This document shows positions 19,976 to 28,105 of a stretch of 64,000 bases of DNA, piece by piece. Under the pieces are notes generated by a model, which made no database searches, was not told the DNA's origin, and saw only the letters and a list, made by a program, of their open reading frames with translations. This stretch comes from a virus. The stretch covers positions 32,001-96,000 of the IMG/VR virus record IMGVR_UViG_3300005690_000024; one strand, given 5' to 3'. A program made the translations under genes and the position numbers. Position 1 is the stretch's first letter. Each line of letters opens with the position of its first letter.

Positions 19976-21463
19976 ATGTCGAGTTTGTTCGCTGAGGAAG
20001 AAAAGGTCGCTGCGGCACCGAAGAAGAAGCGTGTTGCCAAGATCAGCAACGTCGGGGCGATTGATGTTCTTGAGATCCCGATTGAACCTGGTCGAGTCGT
20101 TGTGTTGCGTGGTCGCAATGGGGCAGGGAAGTCTACGGCGCAGGAGGCAATTCGAGTTGCTGCGACAACAGGCAGCAAGTCAAAGGGAGCGTTGACGCCT
20201 CGTGATGGCAATGAGGCCGAGGGTGGCAATGTTGAGATGAACGGGGTCAGCCTTCGTATCGGCGCCCGCATGACGGAGCGTGGTGTTCCAGAAGAGTCGT
20301 ATGTGCTGCTGGATGACGGGAACGCTCTGCAGGACTTCTGTGAACCGAGCGTCAAGACGCCAAAGCTTGCGGACAACAAGCGAATCAAGGCGATGCTGGC
20401 AATGGCTGGCGTGAAGATTGATGCTGCGAAGCTCAAGGCGTTTCTGGGTGATGCAACATACAACGGGTTCATCGCTACGTATCGCGGCATCCTTGAGAAG
20501 CCGATGGTTGACGTTGTTGAAGAACTGCGGGATTGGTTGCAGAAGCAGGGTCTTGGCGAGAAGAAGGCGGCACAGGAGGCTAAGGGAGCAAAGGATGCGT
20601 TGTCCGACGTGGCTGAAGTTGACGTTTGTGCTGCTGTACCTGTTGGCGATTTGCTGGCTGTTTTGACAGACGCAAAGTTGAAACTTCAGCAGTGGGCACA
20701 GAGTCGCAAGCAGGCTGACGAGGCGTTGGAGGCGCTGGGGGCTGTCGATGAGTCTCGTGAGGCTGGAGTCATCCGAGAAGAACTCGATCTTGTGAAGGCG
20801 TCACTGGTTGAGTTGCGGGCGCAGATTCGGGAGTTGGAGATTCGTGAAGGATCGCTCGACACTGAACTGACATCGCGTCTGGCCAGCGATAAGCGAATGG
20901 AAGCAGCTCGCGCGAAGATCGACACGGCACCGTCAGCGGAGCAGATCAGCGAGTTGACCAAGGAAGTGCTGTCTTTGCAGAGTCAGTACGAGACGGCTGT
21001 TGTCGCAGAGTCGAACTTCAAGACGTTATCTGAGAAAAAGGCGAAGTACGAGACAGCGCGTCAGGCGTATGAGAGTTCGACAATCTTGAGCGAGCAGATG
21101 TACAAGAAGGCGGAGAACTGCATTGATCTTCTGCGTGATTCGATCAGCAAGTTTGAGGGCTGGTCGATCAACGGGGATTTGCGGTTGTGCTGCAAGCATC
21201 CGACCCGTGGCGAGATCCTGTTTGCGGAGTTCAGTCCAGGTGAGCGATTGAAGGAAGCGATCAAGTTGATGCTGCCTGCGTTCAAGGTCGAGGCTGGCTG
21301 GGTTCCGATTCTGGAGGTTCCTCAGTCGTTGTTCGAGTCATTGGACATCGACGGTCGGGAGGAGTTGGTTCGGCTGTGTGCTCAGTACGGCATCTGTGCT
21401 GTGTGTGCTCAGTGTCGTCAGAGTCACGATGAACCTGTTGGTTTGAACGTGATGGTTCTGTAG
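19976..21463 (+). CDS. SMC/Rad50(SbcC)-like ABC-type ATPase with a central coiled coil
   Basis: Walker A GRNGAGKST, long coiled coil, ABC signature FSPGER, degenerate Walker B and D-loop (PILEVPQSLFESLD). Confidence 0.75.
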   Translation: MSSLFAEEEKVAAAPKKKRVAKISNVGAIDVLEIPIEPGRVVVLRGRNGAGKSTAQEAIRVAATTGSKSKGALTPRDGNEAEGGNVEMNGVSLRIGARMTERGVPEESYVLLDDGNALQDFCEPSVKTPKLADNKRIKAMLAMAGVKIDAAKLKAFLGDATYNGFIATYRGILEKPMVDVVEELRDWLQKQGLGEKKAAQEAKGAKDALSDVAEVDVCAAVPVGDLLAVLTDAKLKLQQWAQSRKQADEALEALGAVDESREAGVIREELDLVKASLVELRAQIRELEIREGSLDTELTSRLASDKRMEAARAKIDTAPSAEQISELTKEVLSLQSQYETAVVAESNFKTLSEKKAKYETARQAYESSTILSEQMYKKAENCIDLLRDSISKFEGWSINGDLRLCCKHPTRGEILFAEFSPGERLKEAIKLMLPAFKVEAGWVPILEVPQSLFESLDIDGREELVRLCAQYGICAVCAQCRQSHDEPVGLNVMVL

Positions 21464-21469
21464 AGGTCT

Positions 21470-22922
21470 TTGTTGTCCCCTGTGGTGATTTGCCACAGGG
21501 GTTTTGGAGGTTATGTGGAAAAGCCCTGTCGTGTTTGTGTGAATGAAGACGGAAGCGTATCGAAACTTCGCTCAATGATTGGCCCTTGTGATGAATGCGT
21601 AGACAGGGCGATGGCTGATGCGATGGAGCGTTTTGCCCGTGAAGTTGCTTTACGTCAGTTAGAGCGTATTACTGGAATTTTGTATTGCGGAGGGTGTGAT
21701 AATGAAGCGTCGAGTGCAGATCCCGTCTCTGATTTGGATGACAGTGACTGTCGACACTGAGTCAGATGACGAGAGTGAGATCATTGAAGAGGCGATGGAG
21801 TTTGCCAATCTGACTGAGTACGGCGGCAATGGTGGATCTCATGGGAAGCTCGTTGGTACGGATGAAGAAAATGTGATTATCGAAGTCAGCAATAACGAGC
21901 CTTTTGAGTGTGAGGGGATTTCGATCACTGTTTTGGAGGAGAGAGAGCGATGATCAATGATGACCGGCTGTTTGATGCATACGAGCGGGAATGCGATGTG
22001 ATCGAGCGACAGCATTCGATGGGTCAGATCACCCGTGAGGAGCGTGACGATCAGTTGCGAGACTTGGAGCGAGATGCGAGGGAGGAGGCGCGATATATGG
22101 TGAGTCAGGTGGGAACCTTTTATGGCGACGACCCGAATGAGTACTAGCCTGCCCAGTATGTTTTCTGCTACGGGAACAGAATCATGGCTTTCTTTGGATG
22201 TACCCGATAATGGGTTTATCATCTTTGTTGGGCCAGATTGGCTGGTGTGTGTTGATGGTCCTGTCTATTCAGACTCTGAGTGCAAAGCCACAAGGTGGCC
22301 GACGAAAAGATCTGCCCAGCGTGCATTGAGTCGTCTTCGGAAGCAATGCAAGAAGAGTTTCGCAAGGGCGAGTGTGTGTGAGATTAGAGAAGGGGTGAGA
22401 CTGGAATGATTAAGTTTCTTGATACACATGACTTGTACGTCCAGCGAGTCAATCAGGAGGGCGACAACTTCCATCTTGCTGTTGCGATGTTCCCGATCAG
22501 AGTGGTGAATGTGGCGATGTCATTGCGTGATCTCATTGAGAGCAAACGATGGGCGGCGCCGCATCCGAGTCACGATGAGATGGTGAAGTACCTGAGTGAG
22601 AAGATTCAGGACGAGTATCGGGCTTTGTTTGGCGTACCAATGGGAGGTGGCTGTGAGCAGAAAGAAGACGCGGCAGGAGATGGCGGCTGATCAGCCTGAG
22701 CGGTGTGGTGGCGGCTGTCGTGCGAAGAAGCGGAAAGTTGAGAAGCCGTATCGGGTTTATTGGCGAGTTCCATTGGAGCGTGATGTGTGGCATCCAATTG
22801 CCCATGAATGGCATGGGTACAAGCGGTACGAGACGATGGAACTGGCTGAGGCGTATGTGTTGAAGAGGCAGCGGACTGAGACGCTGGTGAAGTACGAATA
22901 TCAGATTGTGATTGATAACTAA
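21470..22922 (+). CDS. Row of small hypothetical ORFs (21470-21760, 21696-21953, 21950-22147, 22122-22409, 22406-22690, 22596-22922)
   Basis: Tightly overlapping + strand ORFs. Exact starts are uncertain. Confidence 0.45.
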
Positions 22923-22935
22923 CAAGGGGAAGTTT

Positions 22936-23895
22936 GTGCAGACGAGAACGATCAAGGCAGTCCTTCGTAAGAAAATTGACGCATGGGCTGATTCTGTGAA
23001 GGATGAGGAGATCCAGAAGATCATCCGCCAGCAGACTGTTGTGACGGGCGGTTCGATTGCGTCCATGCTGTTGCAGGAAGAGGTGAACGACTACGACGTG
23101 TACTTCAAGACGGGTGAAGGTGCGTTCGCGGTCGCCAAGTACTACGTCAACAAGATGAATGAGACTCGGAAGGCGAAGAACGGGAGTGGCATTGAGATCC
23201 CGTTGTTTCTTGCTGACCCGTTGACAAAGGCGCCGATCGATTCGTTCTCAGGGAAGCGGTTCGTGATCCTGGCGAAGTCTTCGGGTATCGCTGAAGAGGA
23301 GAACGCGGGCGACTATCAGTACTTCGAGCAGAATGATCCAGAGGGCACTCAGGCAGAGGCGTATCTGGATGACACCAAGAAAGCAGCAGAAGCTGCGGCA
23401 AGCAAAGAGAAGGGGGCGTATCGAGCCAAGTTCATGTCATCGAATGCGATCACGCTGAGCGATGATGTGCAGATCGTGATTCGGTTCTGGGGTGAACCGA
23501 GCGAGATCCACCAGAACTACGACTTCGTTCATTGTACGTGCAGTTGGACGTCTTGGAATGGCGAGCTGCGAACTCCAGAGGCGGCGTTAATTGCGTTGAT
23601 GTCACGCACGTTGACGTATGTGGGAAGTCTGTACCCGATCTGTTCGTTGATTCGAACCAGGAAGTTCATCCAGCGCGGGTGGCGAATCACGGCGGGGCAG
23701 TATTTGAAGATGGCGTTCCAGGTGTCGAAGTTGAACCTGTGCGACGTTCGGGTTTTGGAAGATCAGTTGACGGGTGTGGATTCGGCGTTCTTCGCACATT
23801 TGATCTCGATCGTGGAGAAGGATGTGAAGGAAGGCAAGAAGCCGGAAGAGATCGACGCGGCGTATATCTGCCAGTTGGTGGATCGGATCTTCTGA
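22936..23895 (+). CDS. Pol-beta-superfamily nucleotidyltransferase-like protein
   Basis: VVTGGSIASMLLQEEVNDYDVYF fits the hG[GS]x9-13DxD motif; downstream YDFVHC. AAGGGGA RBS then GTG. Confidence 0.7.
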   Translation: MQTRTIKAVLRKKIDAWADSVKDEEIQKIIRQQTVVTGGSIASMLLQEEVNDYDVYFKTGEGAFAVAKYYVNKMNETRKAKNGSGIEIPLFLADPLTKAPIDSFSGKRFVILAKSSGIAEEENAGDYQYFEQNDPEGTQAEAYLDDTKKAAEAAASKEKGAYRAKFMSSNAITLSDDVQIVIRFWGEPSEIHQNYDFVHCTCSWTSWNGELRTPEAALIALMSRTLTYVGSLYPICSLIRTRKFIQRGWRITAGQYLKMAFQVSKLNLCDVRVLEDQLTGVDSAFFAHLISIVEKDVKEGKKPEEIDAAYICQLVDRIF

Positions 23896-23951
23896 GATTG
23901 TGCGTATAGGCATTGACGGTGGGAGTGTGGTTGCTATTCTTCGAGGAGTGA

Positions 23952-24257
23952 TTGATGTCCAGGGCGAGCGAAGTTCTTCAGGCAGCGTTTGAATCCGATC
24001 CGAATGCGATGCATGCGTTGGTGGTGAATCGTTATCCGTGCAATCAGGCTTTGGCAGACGATCCGTTTGTGATTGTGGATGTACCACCAGTTCTTGGCGG
24101 GACTCACTTTCAGGTTGGGATGCTTGGCGTGTTGAACGGTGTTCTGGTCGCCAACGGTCTTCCGAAGGTGGCTGTGAAGTGGTCGAACGAGCGAGATGAA
24201 GACGGACAATGCATGGTTCTTGGTTTCTGCGACTACGTGGAACCATCGGCAGAGTAA
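23952..24257 (+). CDS. Hypothetical phage protein
   Basis: 101 aa, GAGGAG RBS, motif copy upstream. Confidence 0.6.
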   Translation: MMSRASEVLQAAFESDPNAMHALVVNRYPCNQALADDPFVIVDVPPVLGGTHFQVGMLGVLNGVLVANGLPKVAVKWSNERDEDGQCMVLGFCDYVEPSAE

Positions 24258-24283
24258 ACGTGGAATTCCGTTCCGCTGTTGCG

Positions 24284-24376
24284 GCGGAACGACTAAAATC
24301 AGCCGGTTTGCGGACGGTTGACTTCCAATTTCAAAGCAGCGTTGCCCGCAAACTCGGCTGCATTTTATTGTTATTT
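24284..24376. mobile_element. attC-type integron recombination site 1
   Basis: GAAC-gac-TAAAAT-CAGCCG-GTTTGCGG...CCGCAAAC-[T]-CGGCTG-[C]-ATTTTA-tt-GTTATTT: imperfect inverted repeat with AAC/GTT cores, an unpaired spacer and two extrahelical bases. Confidence 0.85.
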
Positions 24377-24388
24377 TGCGAGGGTGTA

Positions 24389-24589
24389 ATGGCAGACCCA
24401 AAACACAGCGATGAAATACACAAGAGAAAATTGATAGTTGTAAGGGCAATTCGCGATGGCTGCCCAGATTGCCCCGACGAAGGATTGATGTGCGAAAAGC
24501 ATTTGAGGGAGTTGAGGCCACTGTTCACGCGACCTAGGCAGCGGCTGAAAGCGTTTGAGGATCGGTTGTTTTCGGATCAGTCAAAATAA
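24389..24589 (+). CDS. Cassette ORF A (66 aa, CPDC...CEKH, possibly metal-binding)
   Basis: AGGGTG RBS just after attC1. The TAA stop is part of the AAATAAC core of attC2. Confidence 0.7.
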   Translation: MADPKHSDEIHKRKLIVVRAIRDGCPDCPDEGLMCEKHLRELRPLFTRPRQRLKAFEDRLFSDQSK

Positions 24590-24670
24590 CGCTCGCGATC
24601 AGCGGTGGCCGCGAGAGATTTTGTTAGCAGTGGAGACGTTGACGGCCTCCGCTGCATTGCGTGGTTATTT
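24584..24670. mobile_element. attC-type site 2
   Basis: AAATAAC-gct-CGCGAT-CAGCGG-tGGCCG...CGGCC-t-CCGCTG-[C]-ATTGCG-tg-GTTATTT. Confidence 0.88.
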
Positions 24671-24686
24671 TGCATTGGGGAATGCG

Positions 24687-24911
24687 ATGAAAATTGGACC
24701 AGTGAATTTTGGAAGCCTCAATGCGTGGCGGTACGCATGGAAGATGCGGGGATCGGTTCCGATGGTATACCTTCTGCGAAACAGCAAGGGTGTCATACCT
24801 GGGCGATGGGGCTTCGTCGTTCTCGGCTTTGAGTTCGGCTCTCGCAACTCAGATAGCAAGTTTGGACAGTGGTTGCACCGTGTTGGGCTGTGGCCGTTCA
24901 TGTCAAAATAA
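24687..24911 (+). CDS. Cassette ORF B (74 aa)
   Basis: ATG 17 nt after attC2. The TAA stop lies in the AAATAAC core of attC3. Confidence 0.7.
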   Translation: MKIGPVNFGSLNAWRYAWKMRGSVPMVYLLRNSKGVIPGRWGFVVLGFEFGSRNSDSKFGQWLHRVGLWPFMSK

Positions 24912-25008
24912 CGCTTGGCATAAGCCGGGCGAGTGTCGACGTGGTGTGAGTGTAATTTTCCCGCATGACGACAGAGGTTAACGCCTCGGCTTCATGCCAT
25001 TGTTAGTT
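24906..25008. mobile_element. attC-type site 3
   Basis: AAATAAC-gct-TGGCAT-AAGCCG-GGCG...CGCC-[T]-CGGCTT-[C]-ATGCCA-tt-GTTAGTT. Confidence 0.9.
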
Positions 25009-25021
25009 TGCGAGGGTGATC

Positions 25022-25249
25022 ATGAGCATTCAGTTGAACCGACATCAAGCGGAATTGTTGCTATCGTTTTTTGATAGCGGGGACTTCGATGACGTGGTTT
25101 TAGAGGTTGAGTTTCATGAGGTGGGACCACACGGGCCGGGGCTGTACTGTTGGCATGCTGAGTATCCGGAGGAAGGCAAGTCGTTTTTGCCATCCGTTAG
25201 CGAAGCCGTAAAGCAATGCGAAAAGATAGTTGCTGATACGTCAAACTAA
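25022..25249 (+). CDS. Cassette ORF C (75 aa, acidic)
   Basis: AGGGTG RBS after attC3. Ends in CAAAC-TAA-C, the exact complement of the GTTAGTTTG at the start of the cassette. Confidence 0.7.
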   Translation: MSIQLNRHQAELLLSFFDSGDFDDVVLEVEFHEVGPHGPGLYCWHAEYPEEGKSFLPSVSEAVKQCEKIVADTSN

Positions 25250-25459
25250 CTTGATGGATTACCGAGAAGCCCGAGAGAAGGCGATACAGACCGTTTTGCG
25301 GTTGGTGATCGAGTTACCGTCTCCATTGCGTTCGCTCTTGGATGCTTTGAGGGAGAGGCCACAATTGTTCGGACCGGATACTTGTGTGTCGAGTTCGAGT
25401 GGGAAGGAAAGCCCCGGCGAATCTACATAGCCGAGAGCGATATCGTTTCAGGTCCATAA
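25250..25459 (+). pseudogene. Start-less 3' fragment of an SH3/KOW-like ORF apparently interrupted by the cassette array
   Basis: 69 open codons (LDGLPR...FAVGDRVTVSI...SGP*) with no start codon. In frame with GTG 24260-24289 once 24290-25249 is removed. A competing ATG-25254 frame also exists. Confidence 0.5.
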
Positions 25460-26065
25460 GCAGCGGACTGCGGTTCCTCGTTTGAAGATTTGAAAACCCT
25501 GGAGATTTTATGAGTCGGATACTGAAGTCGTTTAACGATAATGTTGTTTGTAATCTGATCAGAGAATTGAGTAAGGCAATCGATGGTTCGCAACCTCAAA
25601 AGGCTCGTCATCTCTTGAGGGAGTTGAGAAAACTCGGTTTTGATTATCGCTGCAATGATACTGCGGTTCTCGATGAAGCCATTGAACAGAGAAAATGAGC
25701 AGCGGATTGTGAGTTCTCGTTTACTTTTGGGAGATCATTGGATGTGGGCAAAAACGGAAGTACCTTTACCGCTCGCTCAAGAGTTGTCTGCCAGGGGCTC
25801 GAAGCCCATAGCGTTGCATCTGTACGAGCAAGGAGACAAGCGGCTTGCGGTAATCGTGTCGCACGATCCCAGCGGGCTTGACGGTGCAATTGAGACGCAC
25901 GCAAGTATCTCTGCTTCCGTGTGTGGATTTCGGATACGTCCGACTTACGATGATGTGCGATTGACAGTTCAGCAGCTTGGTTTCGGGGCTCATACGGTCG
26001 ATGCTAAACCGGGGGCGAATGTCGTGCATATTTGGGCATCGCAATGAACAGCGGATGTGAGTTCC
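25456..26065 (+). repeat. Three copies of a 22-28 bp post-stop element, TRA-RCAGCGGA-(Y)TGYGRGTTC (25456-25483, 25695-25722, 26044-26065)
   Basis: ataagcagcggactgcggttcctcgttt / atgagcagcggattgtgagttctcgttt / atgaacagcggatgtgagttcc. Each begins at a stop codon. Confidence 0.7.
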
Positions 26066-26337
26066 GATCGTATTCTGGACGTCAGGGGAATCTCATGTGG
26101 ATAAAACCAGATCTGCTTGGTCCACAGAAAGGGCCAGCCACTCAGCCGAGGTTAAAGGCTCAGTGGCGTCAGATCGATCGTGAGAACAGGGAGGCGATTG
26201 CTGTCCGTATTGAGTGGATGCATCTACTTGGGTTCGATGGCGAAGAGATTGCAGATGCCTGCAAGGATGCGTTTGACTTGGATCTTGTGGATGAACTGGC
26301 CGAACTTGTGGCGGCGAAGATGCTGGCGAAAAAGTGA
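25510..26337 (+). CDS. Three small ORFs (25510-25698, 25742-26047, 26095-26337)
   Basis: Each is preceded by a CAGCGGA element. The middle ORF has a HASIS...RPTYDDV...NVVHIW pattern of a kind common in small phage proteins. Confidence 0.55.
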
Positions 26338-26592
26338 AGTGTGGCCACACTTGAAGGTGGTTAAAATCAGGCCAGATAAGTCAGTTGCTGGTGTGTGTAG
26401 TTGCTGAAAACACGGGATTTTATGGGGTTGTTAGTTGTTGTTCTCGCTTTCGTAAAGCGTAGGTCATCGATTCGAATTCGATCGGCGGCTCTTTTTTGAG
26501 AGCCAAAAACACAAGGGAATCAGTGAAAACTGGTTCCCTTTTTTGTTGCGCTGTGTTTGGTAAACTACGCTTCCACACTTGTTCCCACACTT
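26337..26592. mobile_element. attP: core matching the 3' half of tRNA-Thr(CGT) at 26445-26491, plus arm-type repeats
   Basis: CGCT-TTCGTAA-AGCG anticodon arm, ATCGA-TTCGAAT-TCGAT T-arm, then CGGCGGCTC. CCACACTT at 26345, 26573 and 26585; perfect palindrome AAGTGTGGCCACACTT at 26337-26352. Directly upstream of the integrase. Confidence 0.8.
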
Positions 26593-26603
26593 GGAAGCGT
26601 GAA

Positions 26604-27782
26604 ATGGCAGACCGACCAGAGAAACCTTATCCAGACTTCCCGTTGTTTCCACATGCAAAGGGGTACTGGTGCAAGACGATCAAAGGGAAGCAGTGGGCGT
26701 TTGGTCCGTGGGCTGACCCTGATGCGGCGTTGCAGAAGTATCTGGACTGGCGAGACCAGATCATGGCGGGGAGAGACCCGCGTAAGCAGGCTGCTGAGAC
26801 CGCTGTGGGCGTCACGCTGAAGGAACTGTGTAATCTGTTCCTTGTCGCGAAGAAGGGCGCCATGGAGCGGGGAGAGCTTTCTGTGAGGTCATACGCTGAG
26901 TACAGGGGTGAAGCGAAGTGGCTGTGTGACTGCCTGGGGCGCGAGACAGGTGTGGCCACACTGATGCCAGCCGACTTTGCGAAGTTGCGGGCGAGCTATC
27001 CGAAGACGTGGGGCATTGTCACGGTGTGTGGGCACATCACGAAGACGAAGTCGATCTTTCGGTTTGGTTACGAGAATCGGATCATCGAGCGGGAGGTGTC
27101 GTTCGGGTCGGAGTTCGTGAAGCCGACACGGTCACAGTTTCGGAGGAACAGGCAGCAGGCTGAATCAGAGCGGGGGTTGCTGCTGTTCAGCCGGGAAGAG
27201 TTGCTGGTGATCATTGAGAAGGCGGAAGGGTGGCTGAAACCAGCGATCCTGTTGGGCATCCAGGCGGGGTTGGGAAATCGTGATGTCTCGGGGCTGACGG
27301 ACAGGCATGTTGACTTGGAAGGTCGGTGGGTTTCGTACTCGCGCCCGAAGACGGGGGTGTATCGGAGTTTTCCACTGTGGCGAGAGACGGTGGATGCGAT
27401 CGCGGCTTATCGGAAGACTCGGGTTGATGCGAAGCGGGTCGAGGATGGCGGGCTGTGCTTTCTGACTCGGCAGGGCTGTCCGTTGGTCACTGAGATGGTG
27501 CATGCAGACGGGCGGCATATTCAGGTGAACAATCCGACGTTGTCGTTTGCGAAGCTGTTGAAGCGGGAGGGGCTGAAGCGGGCTGACCTGAACTTCTATT
27601 CGCTTAGGAGGACGTTTGAGACGATAGCGGGGCAGTCGAAGGATCAGGTGGCGGTGGACCACATCATGGGTCATGCGGACGACAGCATGGGCGGGGTGTA
27701 TCGGCAGGGGATAGATCGTGAGAGATTGGAGGCAGTTGTACAGCATGTGCATCGGTGGCTATACGGTTCTGGTGAAATTTAG
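26604..27782 (+). CDS. int: Phage tyrosine integrase
   Basis: GLGNRDV (R), RPKTG (K), FYSLRRTF (YxxR in place of HxxR), MGHAD (H), GVY (Y). The N-terminal KPYPDFPLFPHA arm domain is of a type I associate with planctomycete integrases. Confidence 0.93.
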   Translation: MADRPEKPYPDFPLFPHAKGYWCKTIKGKQWAFGPWADPDAALQKYLDWRDQIMAGRDPRKQAAETAVGVTLKELCNLFLVAKKGAMERGELSVRSYAEYRGEAKWLCDCLGRETGVATLMPADFAKLRASYPKTWGIVTVCGHITKTKSIFRFGYENRIIEREVSFGSEFVKPTRSQFRRNRQQAESERGLLLFSREELLVIIEKAEGWLKPAILLGIQAGLGNRDVSGLTDRHVDLEGRWVSYSRPKTGVYRSFPLWRETVDAIAAYRKTRVDAKRVEDGGLCFLTRQGCPLVTEMVHADGRHIQVNNPTLSFAKLLKREGLKRADLNFYSLRRTFETIAGQSKDQVAVDHIMGHADDSMGGVYRQGIDRERLEAVVQHVHRWLYGSGEI

Positions 27783-27860
27783 GAAAAACCGTTTGACTGA
27801 TGTTGTCGCGTGATTGGCGTTTTGCGTATAGTCACTGAGGGAAGTTTTTGGGAGTGATCT

Positions 27861-28097
27861 ATGCGAGACTTGACAATCAGTGAAGTGGCGAAGCGTTTGG
27901 CGATTTCGCGGGCCAATGCGAAGACGTTGGTGTTGAGTGGTCGGTTGAAGGGTTACCGTCTTCCGATGGGTAAGATTGGCCAGTTGCGTGTTCGCGAGAG
28001 TGATTTGGATTTATTTCGGGAGTCGCATGTTGTTTCGGTTGCTGCGTATAGGCACAGTCGGAAGCGTGTGAAGGTGGTTGATCTTTTGGATGGGTAG
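27861..28097 (+). CDS. Excisionase-like HTH (HTH_17)
   Basis: LTISEVAKRLAISRANAKTLVLSGRLKGYRL...LRVRESDL; directly after int. Confidence 0.8.
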   Translation: MRDLTISEVAKRLAISRANAKTLVLSGRLKGYRLPMGKIGQLRVRESDLDLFRESHVVSVAAYRHSRKRVKVVDLLDG

Positions 28098-28105
28098 GAG
28101 GTTTT

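Noticed and set aside
24209-24911. ORF-track calls 24209-24589 and 24555-24911 at full length, and 24605-24832 and 24709-24981
   Set aside because: The N-terminal extensions run through attC hairpins. SD-supported or attC-adjacent starts at 24389 and 24687 fit better, and the other frames are shadows.
26445-26491. Complete tRNA-Thr gene
   Set aside because: The upstream sequence gives no D-arm or acceptor 5' strand. It is better explained as the attP core.
26604-27782. Integrase as the IntI for the attC array
   Set aside because: I see no IntI-specific insertion, it has an arm-binding N-terminus, and it sits beside a tRNA-type attP and a Xis-like gene, so it is a prophage integrase. Activity on attC is untested.
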